DNA from: a virus
Taxonomy: Duplodnaviria > Caudoviricetes
IMG/VR virus record: IMGVR_UViG_3300027855_000003
Coordinates: 1 to 40,824 of that record
DNA length: 40,824 nt
Strand: one strand, 5' to 3'
Shown here: positions 25,117 to 35,569 of the stretch, one piece after another
Position numbering within the stretch: position 1 is the stretch's first letter
Layout: each line of letters starts with the position of its first letter
The notes under the pieces: generated by a model
Databases searched by the model: none
What the model was told of the DNA's origin: nothing
The model's input: only the letters and a program-made list of their open reading frames with translations
Position numbers and translations under genes: made by a program

Positions 25117-27146
25117 TGGCTGAGGGTGATGGCGCTGCCCAAGTATTCAAAGAAGTTAAAATCTCCTTTGATGAGTTTGCGGCATCTTTCAACCAATACG
25201 CTGATAAGTTAAAAGAGACCGAAGGCGTTTGGCGCGCAAAAATGGATATTTGGAAGAATATGTCTGGCGGAATGAGCCAGATGGAATCTTCCGTAGCCAA
25301 GTTACGAACTTCCACTAAAGGGTGGGCAGGAGAACTTGAGAACGTTGCCAAAAATTTAACCTCTATTAGTGGTAATTGGCAGAATTTACAAAAGCTTATG
25401 AGGACTGGATCTTCCGCTCTATATAAGACCGGCAGTTCGATGGTGGCTGGAGAGGAAGTTGGCGCTCTAGCTATGGCTGCGGGAACTGCTGCCAAAGCAT
25501 TTGGAGTTGCTGGATTTGCAGTTGTTGGGCTTGCAACTGCTGCCGTTGCTGCTGCAACTGGTCTTTTAGCATTGGCTAGAGAAGGAGCAGGTCGAGGACG
25601 ACGTGCTGCGGGCTTTGGCGCTAATATTGGCTCAATGACTGCCAATGAAACATGGTTAGATCGTTGGGTTAATCCTGACGCTGCTATGGCTGCTGCGGCT
25701 CAGGGTCGATACGATATCACGTCACCCCAGTATGTTGCGATGCGTGCTGGGCTTGGAATGAAAGGGAGTTTTGAGGGTCGAGAAACTGGCGCTCTATCGA
25801 GGGAAATGATCCAAAGAGCCGCTGCCCAGATGCATCAAGGCTCCGATCGAACTGCTTTGTCCATAGCTCATGCGAGAGGACTTGGTAGTCTATTCTCAGA
25901 TGAGGAGTTAATTAAACTTCGGAATGCTGATGAGAAACAATTGGCAGCTTATATCAAGGAAGCAGAAAGCAGGAAAAGTCAGTATGATTTAACTAAGGAT
26001 CAAATTGAAAAGGAAGAAGCACTTATCCATGCAATGCAGAGCCTTGAAACAACCTTCATTACCGAACTACAAAAATTGAGCGCGGATTTCTTACCTTTAC
26101 TTACGCGCGTGGCTGAGGGACTGGAGAAACTTGTTGCTGCTATCGACGGATGGATACCAAAGGTAAAGGACTGGTTACATGCTCCAGCCTTCCCTGAGGA
26201 TGAAGGTGACGGTAAAGGTGATGGAAAAGATGACAGTACGTTTGGGGATCCATTAGGTAAAGCTTGGGAATGGCTCAAGAAACATGCGGGAGACCTTTCT
26301 CCTGTAAGCTCTGCTCAAGCAGGCGAGCTTCCTCAAGGTACTGCTGGAAATCCAATCATTGTCAATGATAAGATATTGACGGACCTTCTTAACCAACAAA
26401 AACTTGACGCTGCTGGAGATATAACGACGGCAGCTTTAGGTGGACTTTCGGGTGGAACTTCCCGAGCCTCTGTTGGCGTGCATACAGGAGGTCGTGGGGG
26501 AGGGGGCGGTGGCAACGCCGAGAAGATTGGTCCCATTGATCTTGGTGATCCAGAAGCAAAAGTTGGATCTTATCCCGATGCTATGCGGGTGATGATGAAG
26601 GCGGGTCTTACGCGAAATGAGGCTGCTGGACTTGCAGGTGAGTTTACTGCCGAAACGCAACTTGGAACCATGTTTGGAGGTAAAGTTCTAGGTGTAGGTA
26701 CTGGAGACTCTGGTGCAGCATCAGGTATGGCTCAATGGCATTCAGATCGTTGGAATAGACAAGTTGCTTGGGCGAAGTCTCAGGGACTTGATCCAGCCAA
26801 ACCTTCTACTCAATATAAGATGGCAGCCCATGAGTACATAACTGAATGGCGCAAGAAACTTGGAGCAAGGATTAATGCTGCAACGACACCTGAGGGCATT
26901 GAAGCAGCTACCGAGCCCTTTGAGGGAAGTGCTTATGGCCCAGGTCGAGGTGCAGCCGTTAGTGGAACAAGGAGAGCTTTAAGAGAAGGAGCCACAGGTC
27001 CTCAAAGCATGAATGACCTGAATATGTATCAAGGTGCTCATCCCTCCCACTTTGTCAAGCTGAATGTGAACAATCAGGCTGGGGCCAATGTCATAGTGCA
27101 GGGTGGAATGTTAGGTGCTGGATCTGGTCAATATCAAGTCGCATAG
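25113..27146 (+). CDS. Tape measure protein with C-terminal tail lysozyme-like domain
   Basis: Ala/Gly-rich helical body; GLTRNEAAGLAGEFTAE...GDSGAASGMAQWHSDRW. Confidence 0.85.
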   Translation: MMAEGDGAAQVFKEVKISFDEFAASFNQYADKLKETEGVWRAKMDIWKNMSGGMSQMESSVAKLRTSTKGWAGELENVAKNLTSISGNWQNLQKLMRTGSSALYKTGSSMVAGEEVGALAMAAGTAAKAFGVAGFAVVGLATAAVAAATGLLALAREGAGRGRRAAGFGANIGSMTANETWLDRWVNPDAAMAAAAQGRYDITSPQYVAMRAGLGMKGSFEGRETGALSREMIQRAAAQMHQGSDRTALSIAHARGLGSLFSDEELIKLRNADEKQLAAYIKEAESRKSQYDLTKDQIEKEEALIHAMQSLETTFITELQKLSADFLPLLTRVAEGLEKLVAAIDGWIPKVKDWLHAPAFPEDEGDGKGDGKDDSTFGDPLGKAWEWLKKHAGDLSPVSSAQAGELPQGTAGNPIIVNDKILTDLLNQQKLDAAGDITTAALGGLSGGTSRASVGVHTGGRGGGGGGNAEKIGPIDLGDPEAKVGSYPDAMRVMMKAGLTRNEAAGLAGEFTAETQLGTMFGGKVLGVGTGDSGAASGMAQWHSDRWNRQVAWAKSQGLDPAKPSTQYKMAAHEYITEWRKKLGARINAATTPEGIEAATEPFEGSAYGPGRGAAVSGTRRALREGATGPQSMNDLNMYQGAHPSHFVKLNVNNQAGANVIVQGGMLGAGSGQYQVA

Positions 27147-27155
27147 GAGAATGAC

Positions 27156-27374
27156 ATGGCAGTAATTACCACACAACAACGAATGATCCTGAATAGATTG
27201 AGAGCAGGACCTCTTCATTTGCCCCCTGGTGTGGTCAGTGATGCAGGGCCGTTTGGAGGTGCACCTGGAGTAGCAAAAGGAACGACTTGGTCAGGACCTG
27301 TTGGAGTTAAAGTTCCTATATTAAATAGAACTCCACGATCTGTTCGTATTCCAGTTAGGATCAAGTTTGGGTAA
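27156..27374 (+). CDS. Small basic hypothetical protein
   Basis: AGGAG RBS; TAATG coupling to next gene. Confidence 0.6.
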   Translation: MAVITTQQRMILNRLRAGPLHLPPGVVSDAGPFGGAPGVAKGTTWSGPVGVKVPILNRTPRSVRIPVRIKFG

Positions 27375-28900
27375 TGAGGTATTACGCCATTAAAATATCG
27401 GCGGGTTCATCTACTGGTAACGCTGGTAATACCAGTGGTTCAGCAGGATTGCCTGTGGCTTCAAATGGTCGGGTAGCTGGTCCTGTTTTAGCTCAACTGG
27501 CTGCTGCTAAGAAAAAACGCCTTGGATTCCGAGTTGTTGATCCTAATGATATTCCACCATTACCTTCACAAAGGGATTATGTTGCTGCAAATCCGCAGCC
27601 GTTTATATATGGTGGAATGGATCCCGAAATTGTTGCTCGTAGTAACCCTGATTTTCATCAACCCAATGTTCCAGCTACAGTTCAACCCCCTTCAACGACT
27701 GTAGCAGCTCCAGTTGGTGGATCAGGAGTTGCGACAACAACCGCATCAGGAACAGGAACCGGTTCAACTAGTGGAACTAGCGGAACTGGAACTGGAGCCA
27801 GTAGCGCAACTCAAGGGTCTCAAGGAGCCCAATTCATTTCAGTTGTGAATGGTCAAAATGATCCAGGAGCCCTGGATATTGAATTTGATATCAGTCTTCC
27901 GATTGGTGACTCTGGAGCTCCAAATACTGGTTGGTTAAAAATACGAGGTATTCCATTCAGCATGGTTACTCAATCTTCCCAATTTAACCATTGCAAATTG
28001 CAAATGTGGGCTGGTTATACAAATGGATTACCTTTAGCCAATCTTCAAGTCCCCCATCAGGGATTGATACTGGACGGTGAAATTTTTCCCGCTCTAGGTA
28101 ACTGGATTTATAACGATCTATCTCTAGAATTTTTCGTCGTCCCAGGCTCTGCTGGGGGAGTGGGCGGACCAACTAATCCCAAGAACATTGTCCATAATGT
28201 TCCGGCAAATCAACCCTTTGCTACAGCCATTAAGAATACGCTCCAGACAGCGTTTCCACAATCCACAATCAATGTTGATATAAGCCAGAATATTAAGTTA
28301 GCCTATAATGATTATGGATTTTATCAGAGCATAGAACAATATTCCTCTTATCTAAAGTCCTTGAGCCATGATCTATTGGGAACTCCGCAAAGCACAGGAT
28401 ATCAAGGAGTACGGATTTATACTCAAGGAAATACCATATCAGTTAAGGATGATAGCACAGGGGCGGGTGGTCCTATTGCTCTCCAGTATACAGACTTTGT
28501 TGGTCAACCCACATGGATTAGTGCGAATAAGATTTCCATTAAAACATTGTTGCGAGGAGATATAAGCCCACCATCCGGCGGTACGGTTCAAGTAACACTT
28601 CCAGCTAATACATTGGCAACGGTCAGTAGCCCTGATCAAGCTAAGATTGGTCAAAATAACAATATCCTAACATTCCAAGGATCTTGGACTGTGACGGCTG
28701 TTCGTCACATAGGGAAATTTCGATCCCCTTCTATGGACTCTTGGGTTACGATCATTGAAGCGGTTCCAGGATCTGGAGGCGGCGGAGGAACGAATACTAG
28801 TGATGCTCCAGGAGGACCTGCCAACGATAGTGGTAATCAAACATTTAACCCACCTTCTGGTGCTGCTCCAGGATCGAGCGGTGGAATTGGGCGTGCATAA
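27374..28900 (+). CDS. Putative baseplate hub protein with low-complexity insertion
   Basis: GLILDGEI, DFVGQPTWI, VRHIGKFRSP...W.T motifs; G/S/T-rich N-terminal insert and C-tail. Confidence 0.7.
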   Translation: MRYYAIKISAGSSTGNAGNTSGSAGLPVASNGRVAGPVLAQLAAAKKKRLGFRVVDPNDIPPLPSQRDYVAANPQPFIYGGMDPEIVARSNPDFHQPNVPATVQPPSTTVAAPVGGSGVATTTASGTGTGSTSGTSGTGTGASSATQGSQGAQFISVVNGQNDPGALDIEFDISLPIGDSGAPNTGWLKIRGIPFSMVTQSSQFNHCKLQMWAGYTNGLPLANLQVPHQGLILDGEIFPALGNWIYNDLSLEFFVVPGSAGGVGGPTNPKNIVHNVPANQPFATAIKNTLQTAFPQSTINVDISQNIKLAYNDYGFYQSIEQYSSYLKSLSHDLLGTPQSTGYQGVRIYTQGNTISVKDDSTGAGGPIALQYTDFVGQPTWISANKISIKTLLRGDISPPSGGTVQVTLPANTLATVSSPDQAKIGQNNNILTFQGSWTVTAVRHIGKFRSPSMDSWVTIIEAVPGSGGGGGTNTSDAPGGPANDSGNQTFNPPSGAAPGSSGGIGRA

Positions 28901-29686
28901 ATGTCCCTGACCCAACAACAACTCACGTTCCAAATCTCACCGATTACTTTGACAGGTGGGATTGCAAGCACTATTACGGGTGGATTACTGCCTCTTATAG
29001 CGTTAACAAATCCAAATGCCTTTTCCCAAAATCTGCTAACAGGCAATTCTGATTTTCAATTGGAAGATGCTTTCGGTATATTCTCCCCTGTAGCTGGTGG
29101 AACTCTGGTTGAACAACAACCTGCAGAATATCCTTTTGCCAATTTATCAGTAGCCGCCAACGCTATCATCAGGAATCCGATTAACGTTTCCCTGATCATG
29201 ATTACACCCATGAAACAACAATCGGCATGGTCAGTCAAACTTCAGACTATGCAGGCGCTTAAAGCAACCCTAGACGCCCACAATAACGCTGGGGGGACAT
29301 ATACGGTTTACACTCCCGCTTATACTTATACCAACATGCTTATGGTTAACTTAACCGATGTTTCTGGTCCCGGTTCCCCCATTCCGCAGAATGCATGGAA
29401 ATGGGATTTCACACGACCTTTGGTCTCATTGGAAGACGCATCAGGAGCATTGAGTAACCTTATGAACCAGATCAACTCAGGAGTTCCATCAAGCGGTGAT
29501 ACGACAAGTGTGCCAACAGCAGCAGGTAATCCACCCAGCACAACGAATACTGGACCTGGAGCTGGAGCTTCATCGCCTATGATCAGTCAGACTCCATTTA
29601 CCACAACATCAGGTCCCACCAGCATTGCTACGTTTGATCCTATAACCAATCAACCCACTGTTGGAGGTGTTGGTACGTTCCAATGA
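28901..29686 (+). CDS. Putative tail tube initiator/Dit-like baseplate protein
   Basis: EYPFAN...AANAII..P..VSL.M; YTVYTP...Y.NMLM..L; WKWDF motifs. Confidence 0.6.
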   Translation: MSLTQQQLTFQISPITLTGGIASTITGGLLPLIALTNPNAFSQNLLTGNSDFQLEDAFGIFSPVAGGTLVEQQPAEYPFANLSVAANAIIRNPINVSLIMITPMKQQSAWSVKLQTMQALKATLDAHNNAGGTYTVYTPAYTYTNMLMVNLTDVSGPGSPIPQNAWKWDFTRPLVSLEDASGALSNLMNQINSGVPSSGDTTSVPTAAGNPPSTTNTGPGAGASSPMISQTPFTTTSGPTSIATFDPITNQPTVGGVGTFQ

Positions 29687-30171
29687 CAACTTATTACCAA
29701 TTTATTCCCTCCAGAGTGAGTGCTCCAGTATTCACTCCCACTTTGGATGGTAACCAATACACCGTTAGTGTTACTTGGAATACATCGGCTCGTCGGTATT
29801 ATATCAATGTGATCACGATGAGTGGTATATTAATTGCCTCTGTTCCTTTGATTGAAAGTCCAGCATCTATGGCTGTATCGAATGCGATATGGGATCCGCA
29901 AAATATGCGGGTTGTGTTAACGACAGTAAATCCACATCCATTTATAATTGGTGCTCCAGCAAAAGCATTCATTAACGGTATGAGCCCAGATAATTATAAT
30001 GGATCAGGATTTATATTACCTCTTAGTAAAACCGAGCTTTGTTATCCTCTTCCCTCAGACCCTGGTAGTATTACAACTTTGGGAGTTGTTGATTACCTTA
30101 TCAATTTGGTTGCTCCATATTTTCAGTCAACCTTGGTATTTAGGAATATGATGTTTGAGGTATCGCCCTAA
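29683..30171 (+). CDS. Small baseplate protein with inserted domain
   Basis: LDGNQY...WN...RRYY motif; ATGA coupling. Confidence 0.65.
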   Translation: MTTYYQFIPSRVSAPVFTPTLDGNQYTVSVTWNTSARRYYINVITMSGILIASVPLIESPASMAVSNAIWDPQNMRVVLTTVNPHPFIIGAPAKAFINGMSPDNYNGSGFILPLSKTELCYPLPSDPGSITTLGVVDYLINLVAPYFQSTLVFRNMMFEVSP

Positions 30172-31094
30172 TGGATGAAACTCAAAAGATTAGTTTTACC
30201 AATAATGTCACCGCGTTTGTGAAAACGCAGGCGCAGAACCATGACCATATTCAACCAAAGAAGATGCCTTGCCACGTTTCGGCGATTAAAGAAAACGATA
30301 TGATCGAATTAACCTTTGACGTAACAGGTCCATATACTTTACCCAAGATTATTGTTCCACAAAGCTTCTCCAAGTATCACAGGGAACCCACGCAAATCGG
30401 TGACCCAGGTTTTGTGGTTATGGGTGATTTCTCTTTGGCAGGACCCAGTGCTGCTGGCTCAAATGGTGCTGCTCCAGTAGCCTCTTTGCATATTAGGGGC
30501 AATCTTGCAAACGGAGTATTTCAACCCATCAGCAATACAAAATGGCCGAAAAAAGATCCCAACATGTTCCTCGTGACTGGGGGTCCAAGTGGCCATACCA
30601 CTCAATCGGCAGACACGAAAACGTCCCAGGTAATTGATGCCTTAAACAATATCCTTCATACATCTTCCTCTAGTATTATCCATCAAGCTGAACAAGCCAT
30701 AGCTCATATTGCTGGGCAAACCCTGACCAATGCTGCCAGTCAAATTAACCACGTTGCCCAGAATTTTTCTTTTGGAGCACCAAGCACAGCCATTGCCATA
30801 ACGGCTGCAGGTTCTGATATTCCAACTATTCCAACTCCAGTGGAAAAGACTGTAGTTCAGATTATCGGGGATTTACATGCGACTGGCATGATAACGACTC
30901 CATTAGGATCAGTCGGACCTGGGGGATCAGCGGGACCACAAGGTCCAGCGGGGCCTCAAGGACCACCTGGCGCTCCTATACAAGGTACTTTACCTCAGAT
31001 CGTGACTGGAGCGAAAGGTGGTAATACGGCCTTGGCTTCATTATTAACCGCCTTACATAATATGGGTCTAATCACGGATAATACAACGGCATGA
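30171..31094 (+). CDS. Putative baseplate spike protein
   Basis: N-terminal PC.V..I...P.QIGD.G OB-fold-like motif; His-periodic beta repeats; short collagen stretch. Confidence 0.65.
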   Translation: MDETQKISFTNNVTAFVKTQAQNHDHIQPKKMPCHVSAIKENDMIELTFDVTGPYTLPKIIVPQSFSKYHREPTQIGDPGFVVMGDFSLAGPSAAGSNGAAPVASLHIRGNLANGVFQPISNTKWPKKDPNMFLVTGGPSGHTTQSADTKTSQVIDALNNILHTSSSSIIHQAEQAIAHIAGQTLTNAASQINHVAQNFSFGAPSTAIAITAAGSDIPTIPTPVEKTVVQIIGDLHATGMITTPLGSVGPGGSAGPQGPAGPQGPPGAPIQGTLPQIVTGAKGGNTALASLLTALHNMGLITDNTTA

Positions 31095-31465
31095 GAACGT
31101 ATGGTCGTATAGTTCCTGATCCACTTTACCCCGACGTAAAGCAATGGGTTGAAGTGGAAACAGATGAGAATGGGTTTGATGACATGGTCTGGTTGACCAC
31201 TGTCATTCAAACCATTAAACTTAATTTGGGAGAAAGTCCCTTCTATGCGAATTATGGAATACCTGCTCATGCGTCGGTTATGTCACAGATTGCTCCTGAT
31301 TCCTATATGTCAAGAATCCAACAACAATTTGCCCAATACTTTTTATCCTTAATTATTTCAAGACAGCCCAATGCTTTGGATGAACGTGGAATTCCTTCTC
31401 CATGCTATTTAGTATCCTGTATAACTAAATATGGTGCATTTCTCTCGGCTAAGGTTCCCTATTAG
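31091..31465 (+). CDS. Baseplate wedge protein (gp25/gp46-like)
   Basis: LNLGESPFYANYGIP motif; precedes baseplate J-like gene. Confidence 0.7.
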   Translation: MRTYGRIVPDPLYPDVKQWVEVETDENGFDDMVWLTTVIQTIKLNLGESPFYANYGIPAHASVMSQIAPDSYMSRIQQQFAQYFLSLIISRQPNALDERGIPSPCYLVSCITKYGAFLSAKVPY

Positions 31466-31468
31466 TTC

Positions 31469-31497
31469 TTGCGTATGCGTCTCGATCATGTTAGAAT
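31469..31497 (+). promoter_or_regulatory. Internal sigma70-like promoter
   Basis: TTGCGT-17 nt-TAGAAT with extended TG in a 53-nt intergenic gap. Confidence 0.55.
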
Positions 31498-31518
31498 AAG
31501 GCTTATAGGAAGTATGTA

Positions 31519-32961
31519 ATGGCTCAGTTGCCAATTATAATGGGTCCGTCAGGCCCAATACCGACACCCCCAGCAACACTGAGGCAGCAATTGCTTACCT
31601 TAGTGGCATCAACTAATCAGGGATATACAGCCAATCTTCCCTCTTCTCTGATTGAGGATATATCGTCAACGGATGTTGGTGCATTAATTATATCCAACCA
31701 ATTCTTTATTGACCTTATCAATTCAGTTTCTCCCTATGCCGCAAATGCCTTTATATTAAATCTGTTAGGTATTGATGTTTATGGAATTCAGCCCGCTCAA
31801 TCTACCAACACAGCGGTTGATATGACGTTTATTGGAACACCTGGATTTATCATAATTCCAGGGTTTACGGTAAGTGACGGCACCTATCAATACATCTGTG
31901 CCGATGGGGGTGTGGTTGGAACAGATGGTGAATCTTTACCTATTCACGCGATTGCGACCATACCAGGAACTTGGGCTGTTCCAGCAGGGACTGTGACACA
32001 GTTGATTACCTCTGTTCCTGAAAGCATTGAATTAGCGGCAGTGAATACTTCAAATGGTATTCCTTCCATTGCATCAGAGGATGAGACCTCATTTAGAACC
32101 CGAACACTTGTCGCAGGTCTTGCTGCATCGACTGGAATGGATCGATACCTTAAAACTCTCTTATGGAATATTCCTGGAGTCGTTCAAAGGCTTGTTTCTG
32201 TTCGCCAAAACATTAACACTGGACGATGGGCTATTCTCGTTGGGGGAGGTGATCCCTACCAAGTTGCATGGGCAATTTATTATGCCTTATTTGATATTCA
32301 GACCTTAGATCGTCCGCCAATTGATATTGGCGCTATGCAAATGACAAATCCTATTATGATTACCTCAGTGAATAACCACAATCTTTCTACAGGAATGCTT
32401 GAGACTATTTATGGAGTCTCTGGACCAAGTTCCTTAAACCAACAGCAATATGAAGTTACGGTTATTGATGACAAGAACTTTACCATTCCAGTCAATGGTA
32501 CAATTTTACCTGCATATCTTGGCGGTGGGCATCTTACGCCCAATCCCATTTTGCAGGAGGTTAATCTCAATAGCTATCCAGATAATTATCTTATCCCGTA
32601 TATCCTTCCTCCACAACAATTGGTGACAATAGTTGTGACATGGAATACCGATTCTCCAAACTATGTTTCTCCTGATGCTGTTCAACAGGCTGCTGCTCCC
32701 GCATTAGCCGATTATATCAATAGCCTTTATGTAGGAATATCCCCCATTAATATATACAATATGGAAGCTGTGTTTATGAATTCCGTAGTTAACATTCTTC
32801 CCGCAGAGAATGTAACCCAGTTAAATTTTGCCATTGATTTTGACAATGCAGGTCAACTTCCAACACCTGGTACAGGAGTCATATATGGCGATCCCAATAG
32901 CTATTTCTATACCACCACGACCAATATATCCGTAGTTCAAGCTGGCACAATAACGGGATGA
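31519..32961 (+). CDS. Baseplate J-like protein
   Basis: F.GTPG.II..G..VSDG..Y, EDETSFRTR, IPGV, VGGGDP..VA.AIY motifs. Confidence 0.85.
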   Translation: MAQLPIIMGPSGPIPTPPATLRQQLLTLVASTNQGYTANLPSSLIEDISSTDVGALIISNQFFIDLINSVSPYAANAFILNLLGIDVYGIQPAQSTNTAVDMTFIGTPGFIIIPGFTVSDGTYQYICADGGVVGTDGESLPIHAIATIPGTWAVPAGTVTQLITSVPESIELAAVNTSNGIPSIASEDETSFRTRTLVAGLAASTGMDRYLKTLLWNIPGVVQRLVSVRQNINTGRWAILVGGGDPYQVAWAIYYALFDIQTLDRPPIDIGAMQMTNPIMITSVNNHNLSTGMLETIYGVSGPSSLNQQQYEVTVIDDKNFTIPVNGTILPAYLGGGHLTPNPILQEVNLNSYPDNYLIPYILPPQQLVTIVVTWNTDSPNYVSPDAVQQAAAPALADYINSLYVGISPINIYNMEAVFMNSVVNILPAENVTQLNFAIDFDNAGQLPTPGTGVIYGDPNSYFYTTTTNISVVQAGTITG

Positions 32962-34100
32962 ATGCCTTAGTCAAATCATCGGGGCCTTCGGTACCTGTAC
33001 CGCATGACGCTAATGCGTTGGTTCCGGTACGAGCCCTTGCGTCCCAAGTCCTTATAGCGGATCAATCTGTTCTTGTTGCTACTGCAAATATAGTGGGTGG
33101 ATATATTGTAAATCCACCCACACCTAAAGATCAAGGATTATCGACTCTTACCAATCTATTCGTAGACCTCACAGGTCCCGCTAAGACCTATCCAACCAAT
33201 ACAACCACACTTATTCAACCGGGTGGGTTCTTTAATCTACCTGCAGCACCCCAAGGTGTATGGGTTAATTCAACAGCAACAGGACATAAGTTCTCTGCTG
33301 TTGTGGTAAAGACTCAAGCCACCATAGACGGTGAAACTACTCCGCTACCAATTTACCAGCAGGGCGCATTTCCACCCCCAGGTCCGACAGGACGCTTATC
33401 AACAATTCCATCATATTTATACCAAGAATATTCAATGGATGATGATTTACAGGCATTCGTTGCCGCTCAGAACTCCATGCAAAATGATATTGTGGATACA
33501 TTCAATGGACTTAATCTTCCCGATTATACTCAATATCCTATTTCCGGGGCGTTGTTAGATTGGGTAGCTGCCGGTGTTTATGGAATGATTAGACCCAGTT
33601 TGTCGTCAGGTCTTTATAAATTATTAGGACCTTATAATACGGCGGAATATAATACCATAGTCTATAATGCTCGGGAGCTTCTTTACCCCAGTCAGATTGT
33701 TGCGACTAACGATGATATCTTTCGGCGTATTTTAACGTGGCATATCTCTAAGGGTGATGGTAAGAATTTTAGTATCCAATGGCTTAAAAAGCGGGTTATG
33801 AAATTCTTGATTGGTGACAGTGGCAAAAATATTAACATTGATCAAACCTATCAAATCAGCGTGACCTTTGGGCCTAACTCCAATGTTACGATCCGGTTTG
33901 TTTTAGGGATTAGAACCATAACTGGAAGTTCTATGTATAACCAAAACGGTTTTACCTATAACTCCACATTGTATAATCAACTGGATTCGACCTATACGGC
34001 GCTTCCAAACTTACCGAACATGACCACGTTTGCAGAGGCAATCGCATCAGGGGTTCTTGAACTTCCGTTCCAGTTCACCTATGATGTAGTTATAGGATAA
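32958..34100 (+). CDS. Baseplate wedge protein (DUF2612/gpI-like) with extra N-terminal domain
   Basis: [13 protein letters not shown] and DDIFRRIL.W motifs. Confidence 0.7.
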   Translation: MNALVKSSGPSVPVPHDANALVPVRALASQVLIADQSVLVATANIVGGYIVNPPTPKDQGLSTLTNLFVDLTGPAKTYPTNTTTLIQPGGFFNLPAAPQGVWVNSTATGHKFSAVVVKTQATIDGETTPLPIYQQGAFPPPGPTGRLSTIPSYLYQEYSMDDDLQAFVAAQNSMQNDIVDTFNGLNLPDYTQYPISGALLDWVAAGVYGMIRPSLSSGLYKLLGPYNTAEYNTIVYNARELLYPSQIVATNDDIFRRILTWHISKGDGKNFSIQWLKKRVMKFLIGDSGKNINIDQTYQISVTFGPNSNVTIRFVLGIRTITGSSMYNQNGFTYNSTLYNQLDSTYTALPNLPNMTTFAEAIASGVLELPFQFTYDVVIG

Positions 34101-34104
34101 GACA

Positions 34105-35064
34105 ATGGCAGGGACAGTCCTAATCTTCGGCAATAACGAGTCCACCACAATTGCGGGCTCGATAACTCCAACAACTCTTTCAGTCAATTTGGCTGCTGGG
34201 TCAGGAGCAGGATTTCCTCAGCCAACTGCTGGACAGGCATTTATTGCCACTTTCGTTGACCAAGCAACAGGGACACAACGAGAGATTGTCCATTGCACAG
34301 CTATATCAGGCGATACAGCGACCATTGTTCGCGCCCAAGAAAACACACAGGCTCAGGCGTGGACAGCGGGAGATATTTTTGCCCATTTACATACTGCTGG
34401 TGCAATGGATGCGATGGTGCAGTTCTCAGAACTGGGGGATGGGGCTCTGGTCCATTGCGGTGCTGATACAGGTACTGTGAACAATGTGGTCGCAGCCTGT
34501 TTCCCTAAATCGACTTCCTATATTCAGGGTGCCCAATATGACATTTATATTGCCCACAATAATACAGGTCCCACCACTGCAAACTTTGACAATTTAGGCG
34601 CTCTACCTGTTATCAACTTGGATGGCAGTTCACTAACTGCCAATGAGTTGATTGCTGGAATTGAGATGCAATTCCATTACAACAATAACAATTTTGTGAT
34701 ACCTGTTCACCCTGTTCAATCTGTCTCTGGACCCCCAGGACCAACAGGTGCTACAGGGGCTCAGGGTCCCCAGGGCCTAACAGGACCACAAGGAGCCCCT
34801 GGCCCACAAGGACCGGGTGGACCACAGGGGCCAGGTGGTCCTCAAGGACCGCAAGGACCTCAGGGAACAATGACCGCTTATGGACAACCTGGATCTTGGT
34901 ATCTCGTAATTCCTGGAGGTCAGGCTGGTCAAGGTACAGTTTCATTCACAGGAAGACAAATGTCGGATTACGGAGGCGCTTGGCAACAAGTGGGTGCGAC
35001 CGTTTCATTCGATCCTGTTCCCGGCTCCAATACCCTGCTCTATTATTATCAAAGGGTGGCATAA
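34105..35064 (+). CDS. Tail fibre protein with collagen-like segment
   Basis: EIV.CT...GDT.TIVRAQE.T.AQAW..GD N-terminal domain; about 15 Gly-X-Y triplets. Confidence 0.8.
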   Translation: MAGTVLIFGNNESTTIAGSITPTTLSVNLAAGSGAGFPQPTAGQAFIATFVDQATGTQREIVHCTAISGDTATIVRAQENTQAQAWTAGDIFAHLHTAGAMDAMVQFSELGDGALVHCGADTGTVNNVVAACFPKSTSYIQGAQYDIYIAHNNTGPTTANFDNLGALPVINLDGSSLTANELIAGIEMQFHYNNNNFVIPVHPVQSVSGPPGPTGATGAQGPQGLTGPQGAPGPQGPGGPQGPGGPQGPQGPQGTMTAYGQPGSWYLVIPGGQAGQGTVSFTGRQMSDYGGAWQQVGATVSFDPVPGSNTLLYYYQRVA

Positions 35065-35282
35065 TGCTGACTACGGAACAACGGGATGAGTTCTTGGGAA
35101 CTCTATACAATCCCCGCTATATCAATCCAGAGCACACAGGTGCTATTCTACTGGATGGTGTATTTAATGGTCAGAAAATGACCTTCTACGCAAGTCCATT
35201 AGATCCAATGGAATATGGTCGTAAAATTTACGAGCGAGTTATAGCCGGAGAATACGGCGAAATACGAGAGTTTGGAGACTAA
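35064..35282 (+). CDS. Putative tail fibre assembly chaperone
   Basis: F.ASP.DP..YGR.IY....AGEYGEI motif; TAATG coupling. Confidence 0.7.
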   Translation: MLTTEQRDEFLGTLYNPRYINPEHTGAILLDGVFNGQKMTFYASPLDPMEYGRKIYERVIAGEYGEIREFGD

Positions 35283-35283
35283 G

Positions 35284-35568
35284 ATGGCGACTCCTGTTCC
35301 TGGCCTTGCTTGGCAGACTCCAGATACAGCTGGAGAACCAGTTAATGCCATAGGACCTAATATGTCGGGTGGCTATGTGTCCAATCCTACCAGTGCTCCT
35401 GGTCCGCTATATGTTGATCCCACAGGACCTGCATCCAATGTAGCGAATGGAACAACGATTGCCTTGCCGCCTGGTCAGCCCTATTATGTGATCCCCCAGT
35501 CTACACTTCCTATATCGGTCGCGAGTGATTTTCCAAACCACTCGTTTGTCTCTGTCCAATGGCCGTAA
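35284..35568 (+). CDS. Small beta protein paralogous to N-terminus of 32958 protein
   Basis: GGYVSNP...LYVDPTGPA; GGAG RBS. Confidence 0.7.
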   Translation: MATPVPGLAWQTPDTAGEPVNAIGPNMSGGYVSNPTSAPGPLYVDPTGPASNVANGTTIALPPGQPYYVIPQSTLPISVASDFPNHSFVSVQWP

Positions 35569-35569
35569 C

